Shown one piece after another: positions 42,887-52,637 of a stretch of DNA of 64,000 nt. Under the pieces are notes generated by a model. That model was given only the letters and a program-made list of their open reading frames with translations, was not told where the DNA came from and ran no database searches. The DNA is from a virus, in IMG/VR virus record IMGVR_UViG_3300008267_013251, positions 81,016 through 145,015 of that record. One strand, 5' to 3'. The position numbers and the translations under genes are program-made. Each line of letters starts with the position of its first letter. Position 1 is the stretch's first letter.

Positions 42887-42957
42887 AAATCCTCCTTGAA
42901 AAAAGTGACATCCTGTCAACCCAAGAGCAAGATACCAAAAAAAAGAACTCTGTCAAC

Positions 42958-43224
42958 TCAATCTTTTTTTTGATCGTAACCTACTACTGCATGATGTAAA
43001 ACTGGGTAACCGGGGCAATTGTCACCCAAAGGCACACGGTCATCTGAAAAATCAGTTCGCAAATGGTCAGCAACAGCCTCATCAATTTGCTTCTTCTGTC
43101 CTGTCAGTTTGAGGCAATGATACACACCGGATTTCAAAGAATCCTCTGATAAATATCTGCACCCATCATTGGCCTTAGCCATCAAGTTACAAACATGAAC
43201 TACATGCAAATTAGATAACGGCAT
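42958..43224 (-). CDS. small Cys-containing hypothetical protein
   Basis: VC...CRYL...CLK...GDNC.G. Confidence 0.65.
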   Translation of the reverse strand: MPLSNLHVVHVCNLMAKANDGCRYLSEDSLKSGVYHCLKLTGQKKQIDEAVADHLRTDFSDDRVPLGDNCPGYPVLHHAVVGYDQKKD

Positions 43225-43232
43225 ACAAACCC

Positions 43233-43775
43233 CTAATTAACTACCTCAACTTCTTTACCGTGGTCAGAAATCAAAATTCCATTGTGATGATCAATCTCAT
43301 GTTGACATACTACGCTAAACAATCCTGAAAAAGTCTCGCTGATATCGTTAACAGTAGCATTACTCTCATTAATGGATAATTCCTTGCCTTTAAACAAAGC
43401 GTTGTTGTATCGCTTAACCAAAAATCTACGCATACCGCCATTTTTGTCCTTGATACTCAAACAGCCCTCTAATGAATCTTGTTTAGCCTCTTCACTTGTG
43501 TATTCCATATCAACAAAACACCTGTAATTCATGCCATCCTTACTGGCTATAAAAAACTTGAGTGGAATACCACATTGAACAGCAGAAAGTCCAACTCCAT
43601 GATTTTTCATGCATAGTGAAATCATGTGTTTTGCTAGCAACGACAGAAATGCCACATCCTCGCTTGATGCTTCAGCAATCTTGCTGGGATGTGGCATTTC
43701 TGCAATCTCAACAATTTTTAATGGGAACCATTTTTGAAATGTTGCATGAGTGCTTGCACTTTCGTGTTGAGCCAT
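43233..43775 (-). CDS. def: peptide deformylase
   Basis: GVGLSAVQ, EGCLS and QHEIDH. Confidence 0.93.
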   Translation of the reverse strand: MAQHESASTHATFQKWFPLKIVEIAEMPHPSKIAEASSEDVAFLSLLAKHMISLCMKNHGVGLSAVQCGIPLKFFIASKDGMNYRCFVDMEYTSEEAKQDSLEGCLSIKDKNGGMRRFLVKRYNNALFKGKELSINESNATVNDISETFSGLFSVVCQHEIDHHNGILISDHGKEVEVVN

Positions 43776-43984
43776 TTTTCAAGACTTTCTGCATTAGAAA
43801 CGATAGAATTTGGGATGTTTAAAACAACTTTAACAGAATCTGGCTCCGCTGACAATTGCTTGTCAACATAGTCTCTAATAACTTGACTAATTGATACTCC
43901 ACGCTTGTCCGCATGTTTCTTCAAAATTTCTTTATAACGAGTATCAACAACCAAATTCAGTATTCTATCTTTTCTTGTTGCCAT
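43718..43984 (-). CDS. ribbon-helix-helix (CopG-like) protein
   Basis: LNLVVD....L...A...GVSISQVIR.YV. Confidence 0.7.
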   Translation of the reverse strand: MATRKDRILNLVVDTRYKEILKKHADKRGVSISQVIRDYVDKQLSAEPDSVKVVLNIPNSIVSNAESLEKWLNTKVQALMQHFKNGSH

Positions 43985-43988
43985 GATA

Positions 43989-44273
43989 TTATCTTCTTTC
44001 TTCCTTTTTCTTTTTCTTCTTAGGAGCCTTTTCAATAAAAGATTCCTTAAGTTTCAACTTAAGGAGAGTTGCATCCTTTTCTCTCTGCTTTCTTCGGGCA
44101 ATTTGACTTTTTGATTCATAGTACTCAAGCCTTTTGATTTCCTTCATAATGCCTGCTTTGTTACAAGCTTGCCTGAAGGATGACAATAAATTCCTGAAAT
44201 TCCTTTCCCGTTCCTCGAAAGAGGCATTCATGGGCAAGTCTCTAGCTTCAACTTTTACATTACACTTCCGCAT
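43989..44273 (-). CDS. rpsU: ribosomal protein bS21-like
   Basis: LL..FR......GI..E.K..EYYE.KS...RRK. Confidence 0.75.
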   Translation of the reverse strand: MRKCNVKVEARDLPMNASFEERERNFRNLLSSFRQACNKAGIMKEIKRLEYYESKSQIARRKQREKDATLLKLKLKESFIEKAPKKKKKKEERR

Positions 44274-45399
44274 TTTTTAACCCTTTTATCTTAAGTAATT
44301 TGCCAAAAAACTTGGGAGTTGTTAATTTAATAATTTCCGAAAAATTAACATTCTTATGTTTAATAGCAAATTTATCCGAATTTTGCCTTTCATCAAAAAA
44401 TTGATTAAGACATGAAATTATATTATTGAAATAGTAAGCATTCAATGTACTATCATCCATGTTATTGAAATTTAAGAATGAAAAATAGTTTTTCATCCTA
44501 TTTCCAGAATTGTATACCTCGAACTCTTGAATCTTTTTACCCTCGAACCATGTCAATCTTTCAAGTACCGACAGACACTTGGACTGACTTAGGGCACCAA
44601 CGAAAAATGAATTACCAAAATAATCAATATAGCTTCCAATTAAATGGCATATCGTTAGTATTTTCTGAAAATCGCTTTCCTTAATAAACAATAAATTTTT
44701 ATGTTCTAATCTCATGCTCAAATCAAAAGTAAAATCATTTTGAATACAGATTACGCCTATGCCATTATCCAAAAAACTTTTGATTATACTTTGATATAAA
44801 AATTCATAATGCTCGATTGCATGATTTTTACCGTATTGAAAACTAATGGATTTCTTAAATGGCATTATTACAACTTTATTTTGTGGTAAATCTGGCAATT
44901 TTTCATTTAAGAATGTAGGCAAATGTGCTCTTGAAAAGAAGGGTGGAAAAGTTACAAGAATCTCTGGGTGTTTTTGAATAAATTCATCAGTCAAATAACT
45001 TTTAAAAAATTTATTATACTCATGAGCGTGTTTTACATTGAAAAATACTTCGTTCAGACTACGAGATAAGACTCTTAATAATGTAGATTCATTATTTATA
45101 CCATCCGTATGTCTATACAATTCATCGGTATTATGACCATTTCCTAAATACCAAAACTCATCAGCTTTACCAAAAAAGCATCGTAATCCATTCCAAGAAA
45201 TTACGATGTTGTACGAATTGTCATCTGCAACTTCATAGTCATAAACAGTCTTGGCAAAGAAAACTGTTTGTGCAAGCTCTCCAACTATTACGAAAATTTT
45301 TACGGACCTTATATCAGCAAGGCTCTTTTGTGTGATTTTTTCTCGTTGTAAACCTGTTTTGTTTACATATCTGATGAGATATTCTTCAGGACCATTCAT
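44260..45399 (-). CDS. hypothetical protein, possibly GT-B glycosyltransferase-like
   Basis: Shares GE..., ADEFW layout with the adjacent 45386-46543 product. Confidence 0.45.
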   Translation of the reverse strand: MNGPEEYLIRYVNKTGLQREKITQKSLADIRSVKIFVIVGELAQTVFFAKTVYDYEVADDNSYNIVISWNGLRCFFGKADEFWYLGNGHNTDELYRHTDGINNESTLLRVLSRSLNEVFFNVKHAHEYNKFFKSYLTDEFIQKHPEILVTFPPFFSRAHLPTFLNEKLPDLPQNKVVIMPFKKSISFQYGKNHAIEHYEFLYQSIIKSFLDNGIGVICIQNDFTFDLSMRLEHKNLLFIKESDFQKILTICHLIGSYIDYFGNSFFVGALSQSKCLSVLERLTWFEGKKIQEFEVYNSGNRMKNYFSFLNFNNMDDSTLNAYYFNNIISCLNQFFDERQNSDKFAIKHKNVNFSEIIKLTTPKFFGKLLKIKGLKNAEV

Positions 45400-46543
45400 T
45401 ATTTTGTCTATCTATTATATTTTGAACATAATCGGCATCATCAACAAGACCAATCTTGATACTTGTGTCAGACCTTAACAACTCATTTGTTGCTTCATGA
45501 ATAATTGAATTAAATTCTGCAATATTTTCACAAACTTTTTTATAATTACACAAAACAATTTTCTGCTTAGTGTTCGCAACATTCAATAATCGCAATCGCA
45601 GCCCTTCCTGTCCAGCCCCATAAAGTTGATCAGGGCTTTCAACAAGCAAATATGGACAATTTGCAGCCATGCTCAAACGAGTGGAGGCCGTCCAAAATTG
45701 AATCGTAAATTCAAAATGTTTTAAAAAAGCAATAACATTTTCTAAATTTCTCGATTCGGGCATCAAAGTCAAATCAAGTATATCATCTACTGGACACTTA
45801 TGTACGCTTTGTTTTTCTCCCATCCAAACTGGATTGAAACCTTTTTCCTTAAGATCATGTATTAATTGAACATAAAAATCTTGACTCAAATTTCTTCCAT
45901 AAGACTTTCTTGATCTCGCAAATATTCCAACCATTCTTGGCAGTTTGTTTTTTTCGGCCCACTCCAAAGATGCTATCGACGGTTTTGGCAAAGGCAGAAA
46001 ATGCCTTTTGTTTTTTTCAGGAGCAGAAAAAAAAGATCGTCTTATATTATCTTTCAAACAAACTGGACAAACTTGTCTTGAGTCTCTACTGCCAAATGCT
46101 TTGCCACATTCAAGGCATCTTGATTCCATAAGCATGTTACCTAAAAAATGGCTTGGCAGAACCTCTCCAAAATTTTTCAAGTATAATTCTAGTTTTTTTA
46201 TTGTCTTAGAATGATGATGCAGAGCCCTCACGGTTTCTCTAAGACCCATACAGTTTTCACTCAGTTCCCAAAATTCATCTACTAAATGTTTATATAAAAA
46301 TTCCCTTCCATACCAACCAACTACAACTATGTTTTTGTCTTTGTTCCTTTTAGCTATTTTCGGTAACAGATAATGAGGAATCAGCCATTCACAACCGAAC
46401 TCAACTAAAGCAATTATAAAAATAGTTTTATTTTTTTTATACTGATTATAAACATTTCTATAAAACTCTATATTTTTGAGCTTCTGCTCTTGAACAAATT
46501 CTTTTCCATCCAAATTGTCGTATCCGACATTTAGAAAGATCAA
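45386..46543 (-). CDS. putative glycosyltransferase (GT9-like) with zinc-ribbon insert
   Basis: EFGCE, GREFLY.HLVDEFW, YGRNL...FY..LI..L; CxxC...CxxC. Confidence 0.5.
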   Translation of the reverse strand: MIFLNVGYDNLDGKEFVQEQKLKNIEFYRNVYNQYKKNKTIFIIALVEFGCEWLIPHYLLPKIAKRNKDKNIVVVGWYGREFLYKHLVDEFWELSENCMGLRETVRALHHHSKTIKKLELYLKNFGEVLPSHFLGNMLMESRCLECGKAFGSRDSRQVCPVCLKDNIRRSFFSAPEKNKRHFLPLPKPSIASLEWAEKNKLPRMVGIFARSRKSYGRNLSQDFYVQLIHDLKEKGFNPVWMGEKQSVHKCPVDDILDLTLMPESRNLENVIAFLKHFEFTIQFWTASTRLSMAANCPYLLVESPDQLYGAGQEGLRLRLLNVANTKQKIVLCNYKKVCENIAEFNSIIHEATNELLRSDTSIKIGLVDDADYVQNIIDRQNNEWS

Positions 46544-46722
46544 GTTGCTACCCTTGTCATCGTAGCTGGCTTACCACACTTCGGGCAACGAAATTGTCTT
46601 TTTTTTCCACAAGTAGAGCAATGATTTTTAAGCTCATACAAATCTTTCAAATCCTCTGAGGTTCCTGTGGATGTTCTCCCCCAACGGCATTTCAAACACC
46701 TAATCATGTATTGCTTTTCCAT
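46540..46722 (-). CDS. small zinc-ribbon protein
   Basis: Three CxxC pairs. Confidence 0.65.
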   Translation of the reverse strand: MEKQYMIRCLKCRWGRTSTGTSEDLKDLYELKNHCSTCGKKRQFRCPKCGKPATMTRVAT

Positions 46723-46744
46723 AGAGATATTATAGTTAAAAACA

Positions 46745-46777
46745 AAAAAGCCCATGCAAAAAATTGCATGGGCTTTT
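46745..46777. terminator. intrinsic terminator
   Basis: AAAAGCCCATGCAA-AAAA-TTGCATGGGCTTTT, with T-run on the minus strand. Confidence 0.8.
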
Positions 46778-46793
46778 AATTATTATTTTATTA

Positions 46794-47501
46794 TTAAGCG
46801 TGGTATTGACCGTCTTTAAAACTTCCACCTAAAGAATTACTAATCTTTTCAATTTGGTTTCTCAAATTCTCAAATTTCTTTTTGAAAGAACTAGCCTTTT
46901 TCTCGTTGAGGCCAGTTTTAGTATTCATTTCAACTTCAAGATTGTATAGGTCACGCTTGAGTTTTTCCAGTTTTGGATACGCTGGATGAGCAGCTAAACC
47001 CGCTGTCACCTTCACTTTATTTTCTTTATCAACAGCATCTGGACCAACTGTATCAGGGTAAATAGGATTGGGATTATTGGCTAATCCTACGGCTTTTTCG
47101 CCGTTGTCTAGTTTGCCAGCTTTTTCAAGTGATGTCTTAACTAAATCATTGAGAGGCTTGCCTCCATCAACTTGATATTGTCCAGCTTTTTTTTCTACTT
47201 TACCAGTTCCATCTTTTGCCTTCTTAGCTTTTTTCTTTGCTTTGGCTTCATTCAAAGCAGCTTCCATAAGCACAGTTGTCTCGTCGGGGAACATCTTGCC
47301 ACTTCTGGTAATAACATCAGTCCAATAACTGGCATCGTCAGAGCTTAGTGATTTTTCTTGGACAGCATAATTACCAAAGAAGTCACTCTTAGGAGTTTGA
47401 TCAACCTCTGTAGCCTTAAATATGCCTTTATTCTGGGCACTATCCCATAAATCACAAAGCCTGTTGAACTCATCTTTTTGTTGTTGCCATGAATCAGTCA
47501 T
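46794..47501 (-). CDS. hypothetical protein
   Basis: GGAG SD, 235 aa. Confidence 0.7.
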   Translation of the reverse strand: MTDSWQQQKDEFNRLCDLWDSAQNKGIFKATEVDQTPKSDFFGNYAVQEKSLSSDDASYWTDVITRSGKMFPDETTVLMEAALNEAKAKKKAKKAKDGTGKVEKKAGQYQVDGGKPLNDLVKTSLEKAGKLDNGEKAVGLANNPNPIYPDTVGPDAVDKENKVKVTAGLAAHPAYPKLEKLKRDLYNLEVEMNTKTGLNEKKASSFKKKFENLRNQIEKISNSLGGSFKDGQYHA

Positions 47502-47531
47502 GAATTATCTCCATTTAGACCTTATTATATA

Positions 47532-48098
47532 TCATGGTTTCAGCAATTTTTTGCATTCTTCAATTGTCAAACCCTTAAATTGCTTGTACCAACCGTCATG
47601 TTTGCCAACATATTTGTTGCGCCCTGCAATTATGAGTCGCAAAGCATTCCTCGTATCATGCAAATACTTGCATTTATTGATAATAGTAATATCGAAAGTA
47701 TCCAAACTATTGTAGGCTGCTGCCCTTACTAATAAAGTAAACAAACCGAACAAGCATTTGTCTCTCCAATAAGGAGACAAAACTACGAGCATGGCAGTTT
47801 TTTTAGCAGTTTTGTATATCTTGCTTTTTCTCTTAATGAAAAGTTTGGATTCAAGAGATTGAATAAAAACTTTTAACTTTTGAAACTTATATTTCTTATG
47901 GTTTATAAAAATATGATTAGGCTTGGGGTAATCTGCATGAAATATTTCTCTACAGTCATACCAACACGGTACACAAACTTTATTTCTGAACTCTTCTGCT
48001 ACCGAAAACGCTATATTGCAGCAATTGTATAAGATGGGTATTTCACAAATATCATCCCTCACAAATTGCATCAACACATTTTTCGTTATCTTCAGCAT
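47532..48098 (-). CDS. hypothetical protein
   Basis: 188-aa ORF. Confidence 0.6.
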   Translation of the reverse strand: MLKITKNVLMQFVRDDICEIPILYNCCNIAFSVAEEFRNKVCVPCWYDCREIFHADYPKPNHIFINHKKYKFQKLKVFIQSLESKLFIKRKSKIYKTAKKTAMLVVLSPYWRDKCLFGLFTLLVRAAAYNSLDTFDITIINKCKYLHDTRNALRLIIAGRNKYVGKHDGWYKQFKGLTIEECKKLLKP

Positions 48099-48549
48099 CT
48101 TTTATATATTCTATATTTTTTTTACTATTTATATCTGTTTTTTCAAAATACTGATCTAAGTTATTTATTTTCACTATTTCCCAATGCATATCATCCTTCG
48201 GCACATATTCTTCTTTTGTATAATAAAAAATTTCAAACAAATATTCATATGTCTTTGCTATAACCATAGGTTTCGTCATACCATTGTATAAGTCCATAAA
48301 TATTTTTCTAACTAATCTTATTGCTTCTTTTCGAGGAGCTTTCCCCAACTTTGTCATCAAGGTTACAGCTTTTTTTGGCCCTATGTTTTCTAAGAACAGA
48401 GCCTCAACTATTTGTTCCTTCAAATCTCCATCTCTAAGTTCCGCTATGGCTTTATAACATGCCATAACATCGCCTTTTTGAGGCCTATGAGTCAATACAT
48501 CCTTAAAGTATTCATGAAAATTTGAATCATCAATAACAAGTTCACTCAT
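48052..48549 (-). CDS. hypothetical protein
   Basis: Coupled to the dnaE C-half stop. Confidence 0.65.
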   Translation of the reverse strand: MSELVIDDSNFHEYFKDVLTHRPQKGDVMACYKAIAELRDGDLKEQIVEALFLENIGPKKAVTLMTKLGKAPRKEAIRLVRKIFMDLYNGMTKPMVIAKTYEYLFEIFYYTKEEYVPKDDMHWEIVKINNLDQYFEKTDINSKKNIEYIKDAEDNEKCVDAICEG

Positions 48550-51073
48550 CTTTTTTACTTTCTTCTATCAATACGAGTCGATAATCCATACTTTTTTCTT
48601 TTGGGAGTTCATACCTTTTATGCCTTGGAGGAGACTTAAAGGTATAAGTCGAAAACCCATTAGATGGTGGACAAACCTGTATACTAATTAAGTTGCCTTT
48701 TTTTAATTCTGATTTAAATCTTTGGTAATCATCATCCCAAATCGTTATCCTTCCCATCTCAAAATTATCATCCATAACAGACAAGCTAGCAAAAGAGCCT
48801 TTGCCACTTTTGAACTTTTTAATATTTACTTCGAGTATCTCACAAATTACTGTTGACCATAAAACGCCTGCTTCATCTTGTAGTTTGAGATTGTTAAAGT
48901 TTTTGTTCGGCTGATAACCTGCTGCATTTCTAATACGGTTATCCCATGGATAACCATAATATGTCTCCTGAGCCAGCCTACTATTATTTAGTAAAGGCAA
49001 AACCTTCGCATCGTCAATTTTTACTTCCTCGCTGACGAATGTTTCCAAAGTTGGCTTAACAGGAGCCTTATCAGCAAATCGTTTAAGTGCTGCTTCAGCT
49101 TTTTTCTTAGCACCTGCTAACAATGAAATATATTGATCTTTATTTTCAAAATCCTTTCTTTCGATATAATCAGATAATATCTGTATATTTTTGGGTGTCG
49201 CAAGCTTTATGACATGCAGTTGCTCTGGCAATGCTTCCTTGATGACTTCGGCAAGTTTAGTCAAAGAGGCTTCAAATCTTTTTTGTCTATCCTTCACTAT
49301 CTTTTGATAATCTGCAAATAATAACCAAAATTTATAGAGTTCAACCGGATTGTTTTCCTTGAAAACTCCTAAAGGGATCAAAGCCCTTAGAACAGTTGCC
49401 TCGGTTCCAAAACGGGAAAGAAAGTCTTCAAAGCCATCGTATGGCTGGAGTTCAACAATTCGCTTGGCTTTATCCTCACCTATACCTTTGATGTTAGAAA
49501 AACCTATGTAAATCTTACCATCAAATATGCTAAATGTTTCCTTAGACAAATTAATATCTAATGGACAAACTTCAACCCCATGATTAATTGCCTCGGAGAT
49601 ATAGTCCCTTAGCTTTTCGTCATCACTTTCACATTGTAGAGTTGCTGTGTAGAATTCTAAAGGATAATGTGCTTTTAAATACAACTGCCTAGCAGAAATA
49701 TATGAATAAGCTACGGAATGGCTTAGATTAAAACCGTATTCAGCGAAAGATTGTATCTGATCAAAAAGTTTTGTTACCTCTTCTTTAGTAGTTTCCAAAA
49801 CAAGCTGGCCATTCTCAATAAACTTGTCTTTATATTTCCCAAACGCTTCTATTTTCTTTTTAGAAATAGCTTTTATAACGACATAACAATCACGAAGAGG
49901 AATCTTGCCTACAGCAGCAAGAATTTTCATAACATCCTCTTGGAAAATCATAATGCCATAAGTTTTACCTAAAATTGGTTCTATAACAGGATGCAATTTA
50001 TATTCCTGTTTGCCACGCTTTCTGAGTGTGTATGTCTCATCCATTCCTTGATTCAAAGGGCCGGGACGATACAGAGCTACAAGGTTAACTAAATCATCAA
50101 AGCAATCCATTCCACATTTTCTAGCTAATTTTCTGATACCTTCAGAGTCATACTGGAAAACACATTTAAGATCACCAGCATTAGCCATTTCCATGCATTT
50201 TGCATCATTCAAGTAAGACAAATCACTCCAATCCCATTGACCTTCTAATGCAGAAATGTTTTTCAAACTGTGCCGTTGTTTTACCATCTTTACTGTTAAT
50301 GCAATTTGCCAAAGACTACTTACAACCAACAAGTCAAATTTGATCAAGCCAACTGGGCCAAGGTCTTGACCACTCAAGCCTTCAACCCACGCAGAAACAG
50401 CTTCTCCTTCGGAGCCTTTGACCAACGGCACAAATTTATCAATGGGTTGATTGCAGAGTATCAATCCACCAGCATGTTTTCCCATGCTTCTATTGCGATG
50501 TAATAATTTTTGAACTGCTGCTGCCACATCAGGATGCTTTTGACAATATGCATTCAATTCAGGATACAACTCCAAAGCTTTCTGATAAGTTAAAGCCTCC
50601 CCCTCATCATCTTTAAGTCGCAAATTTGTTGTGATTTGAAGAATTTCTGATCTGTCAAGCCCATGAACACGGGCCATATCAATAAAAGTGCTTTTGAGTC
50701 CAAAAGTACCATAGTTTCCAATATTGCATACTTTGTCTTCGCCAAAAGTTTGAGGAGCCCAAGTATTCTTCAGATAATCACGAACTATTGGCAAATAATC
50801 TACATCAACATCTGGATATTCCCCATTTTTTGTCGATGGTTCCTCATCAAGATTTACATAATCAACAATATCAAGAAGCTTACATATTAAAAGATTGTTT
50901 TCGTTATTTGGATATTTTTTACCTTCATAAAACATTTTGATAAAATATTCTTCTAGGTCTTGAACCTCAACCTCGATTAACTCCCATTTGAGTCTTTTTT
51001 CAAAATTCTTATGAAGACACAATTCAGGATAAAGATGCTTCCTTTCAAGAAGTAGGGATTTCAATTTTTCCAT
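48542..51073 (-). CDS. dnaE: DNA polymerase III alpha, C-terminal half (palm, fingers, HhH, OB)
   Basis: PDVDVD, HAGG, GLIKFDLL, ALYRPGP, YGFN.SHSVAY and IKGIG; no PHP domain and no GRGS. Confidence 0.95.
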   Translation of the reverse strand: MEKLKSLLLERKHLYPELCLHKNFEKRLKWELIEVEVQDLEEYFIKMFYEGKKYPNNENNLLICKLLDIVDYVNLDEEPSTKNGEYPDVDVDYLPIVRDYLKNTWAPQTFGEDKVCNIGNYGTFGLKSTFIDMARVHGLDRSEILQITTNLRLKDDEGEALTYQKALELYPELNAYCQKHPDVAAAVQKLLHRNRSMGKHAGGLILCNQPIDKFVPLVKGSEGEAVSAWVEGLSGQDLGPVGLIKFDLLVVSSLWQIALTVKMVKQRHSLKNISALEGQWDWSDLSYLNDAKCMEMANAGDLKCVFQYDSEGIRKLARKCGMDCFDDLVNLVALYRPGPLNQGMDETYTLRKRGKQEYKLHPVIEPILGKTYGIMIFQEDVMKILAAVGKIPLRDCYVVIKAISKKKIEAFGKYKDKFIENGQLVLETTKEEVTKLFDQIQSFAEYGFNLSHSVAYSYISARQLYLKAHYPLEFYTATLQCESDDEKLRDYISEAINHGVEVCPLDINLSKETFSIFDGKIYIGFSNIKGIGEDKAKRIVELQPYDGFEDFLSRFGTEATVLRALIPLGVFKENNPVELYKFWLLFADYQKIVKDRQKRFEASLTKLAEVIKEALPEQLHVIKLATPKNIQILSDYIERKDFENKDQYISLLAGAKKKAEAALKRFADKAPVKPTLETFVSEEVKIDDAKVLPLLNNSRLAQETYYGYPWDNRIRNAAGYQPNKNFNNLKLQDEAGVLWSTVICEILEVNIKKFKSGKGSFASLSVMDDNFEMGRITIWDDDYQRFKSELKKGNLISIQVCPPSNGFSTYTFKSPPRHKRYELPKEKSMDYRLVLIEESKKDE

Positions 51074-51124
51074 TGTGTCCTCAAAAACAAATTCACAATA
51101 ATAAATAGAATACGAGGTTTAATC

Positions 51125-51703
51125 ATGGCACTTACCAATTTTAGAGAATATCTGAACTCCAAAGGCAAAACAATAGAAAAAGCCGAAGATATTATGGATT
51201 TGCAAATGGATAAGTCACCAGATGCACCAGAAAAATATGCTACCCATGGGAAAAACTATGCGTTTTCGGCAGCATTAGATAGCAAGCCATTGCCGTACTC
51301 AGCCAAAACAATTGATGTAGCTCAAGGTAAGGAAGATCAAGCTGGTTTAGGTTTCTTTGGAACTCCCGGCATCGAGTACACAGACACCAGAACAAATGTT
51401 GTTAATTTTTCTGAATTGAAGGAACATTGTGGATGCGAAAGCAAAAAGGCACCATTTGTTGTTGCTTACTCATCAGGAGCATTCCATCCTGATCCAATTC
51501 AAGCAATCAAATATATTGTGTATCTGACCAATGAGAATGAAAATATTCTAAAAGCTTTGATGCACGAAGCAAGGAAAATGGGATGCCTTGAAAAGTATAC
51601 CGATTATCTAACAAGATTCCCAGAAGTATATCGAAGTCTTGGAAAGCGTTATGGCGGTGATGATGGGATTCATCACTTAGCTCATAAAATAAGTTCTATT
51701 TAA
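51125..51703 (+). CDS. hypothetical protein, probable late/virion protein
   Basis: ATAAATA and GAGG upstream; N-terminus MALTNFREYL. Confidence 0.65.
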   Translation: MALTNFREYLNSKGKTIEKAEDIMDLQMDKSPDAPEKYATHGKNYAFSAALDSKPLPYSAKTIDVAQGKEDQAGLGFFGTPGIEYTDTRTNVVNFSELKEHCGCESKKAPFVVAYSSGAFHPDPIQAIKYIVYLTNENENILKALMHEARKMGCLEKYTDYLTRFPEVYRSLGKRYGGDDGIHHLAHKISSI

Positions 51704-51965
51704 AATCATCTAAATCTATATCATCTTCGAATATTATCGGAGTATTTTCTCCAACATATGCGCCAGCTATGTTGAAATTAAAATACTCTATTGCATCCTC
51801 ATAATCCATATCATTACACAATTTTTGAAGTATCTTCTTCTTGCTGTAAACAACTGATAATTGATGAAACTTGGTCCCCGTCCCCATGATTGCATCATCG
51901 AAACCATCCATAAAAAGAACATTGCACCCGAATTCTTCACACATATTCGCAATTTTTTCTCGCAT
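51696..51965 (-). CDS. conserved small phage protein
   Basis: DGFDDAI.G...EDAIEYFNFNIAGAYVGENTP; GGAG SD. Confidence 0.75.
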   Translation of the reverse strand: MREKIANMCEEFGCNVLFMDGFDDAIMGTGTKFHQLSVVYSKKKILQKLCNDMDYEDAIEYFNFNIAGAYVGENTPIIFEDDIDLDDFK

Positions 51966-52034
51966 GTTTTGTCTCCTAAACTTAAATATAATAGATGAAG
52001 ATGAATGCAAGTCAACAGGGTGTTAAAATTTAAT

Positions 52035-52637
52035 ATGTATGAAATAGTAGTAGCCAGATTTGAAGAAGACTTGTCATGGCTTAATGGCATTAAACATAAA
52101 ATCAAAATTTATAATAAAGGTCAAAACAACATCAATCGAGATTTTATTCCTCTTGCAAATATTGGAAGAGAAGCGACCACAATTCTTTATCACATAATAA
52201 CTCAATATGACAACTTAAGTGAATACACTATTTTCTTACAGGGAAATCCATTTCAACACTATACAAAAACAAAAGAACTTTTACACGGCATACCAGAAAG
52301 CATAGAACCACTTTACAAATTCAGCGATGGCTGCTGGGCAATCGCAGATAAAATACTAAATGAAACTCAAGAGAAAATTAGTCCGATGCGAGTCTATCCA
52401 GCAGATTTTCACGACACATTTTTTAGAGTTCCAAAGAAAAATTTTCTATACGCTTCTGGAGCACAGTATATTGTTCATAAAAATAATATTCGAAACAAGC
52501 CAATCACATTCTATAAAAAAATCATGAGTTCATTTTCTTGGAAAGGACACGAACCATGGAGTATAGAAAGAGTTTGGCCTTCTATATTTGATAAAGAAAA
52601 CAAATATAAAATAAGAACAAAAGATATGTTTCTTTAA
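52035..52637 (+). CDS. DUF3431-like protein
   Basis: IVVARFEEDL.W, IYNKG, NIGREA, FLQGNPF.H, GAQY.V and ERVW. Confidence 0.8.
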   Translation: MYEIVVARFEEDLSWLNGIKHKIKIYNKGQNNINRDFIPLANIGREATTILYHIITQYDNLSEYTIFLQGNPFQHYTKTKELLHGIPESIEPLYKFSDGCWAIADKILNETQEKISPMRVYPADFHDTFFRVPKKNFLYASGAQYIVHKNNIRNKPITFYKKIMSSFSWKGHEPWSIERVWPSIFDKENKYKIRTKDMFL

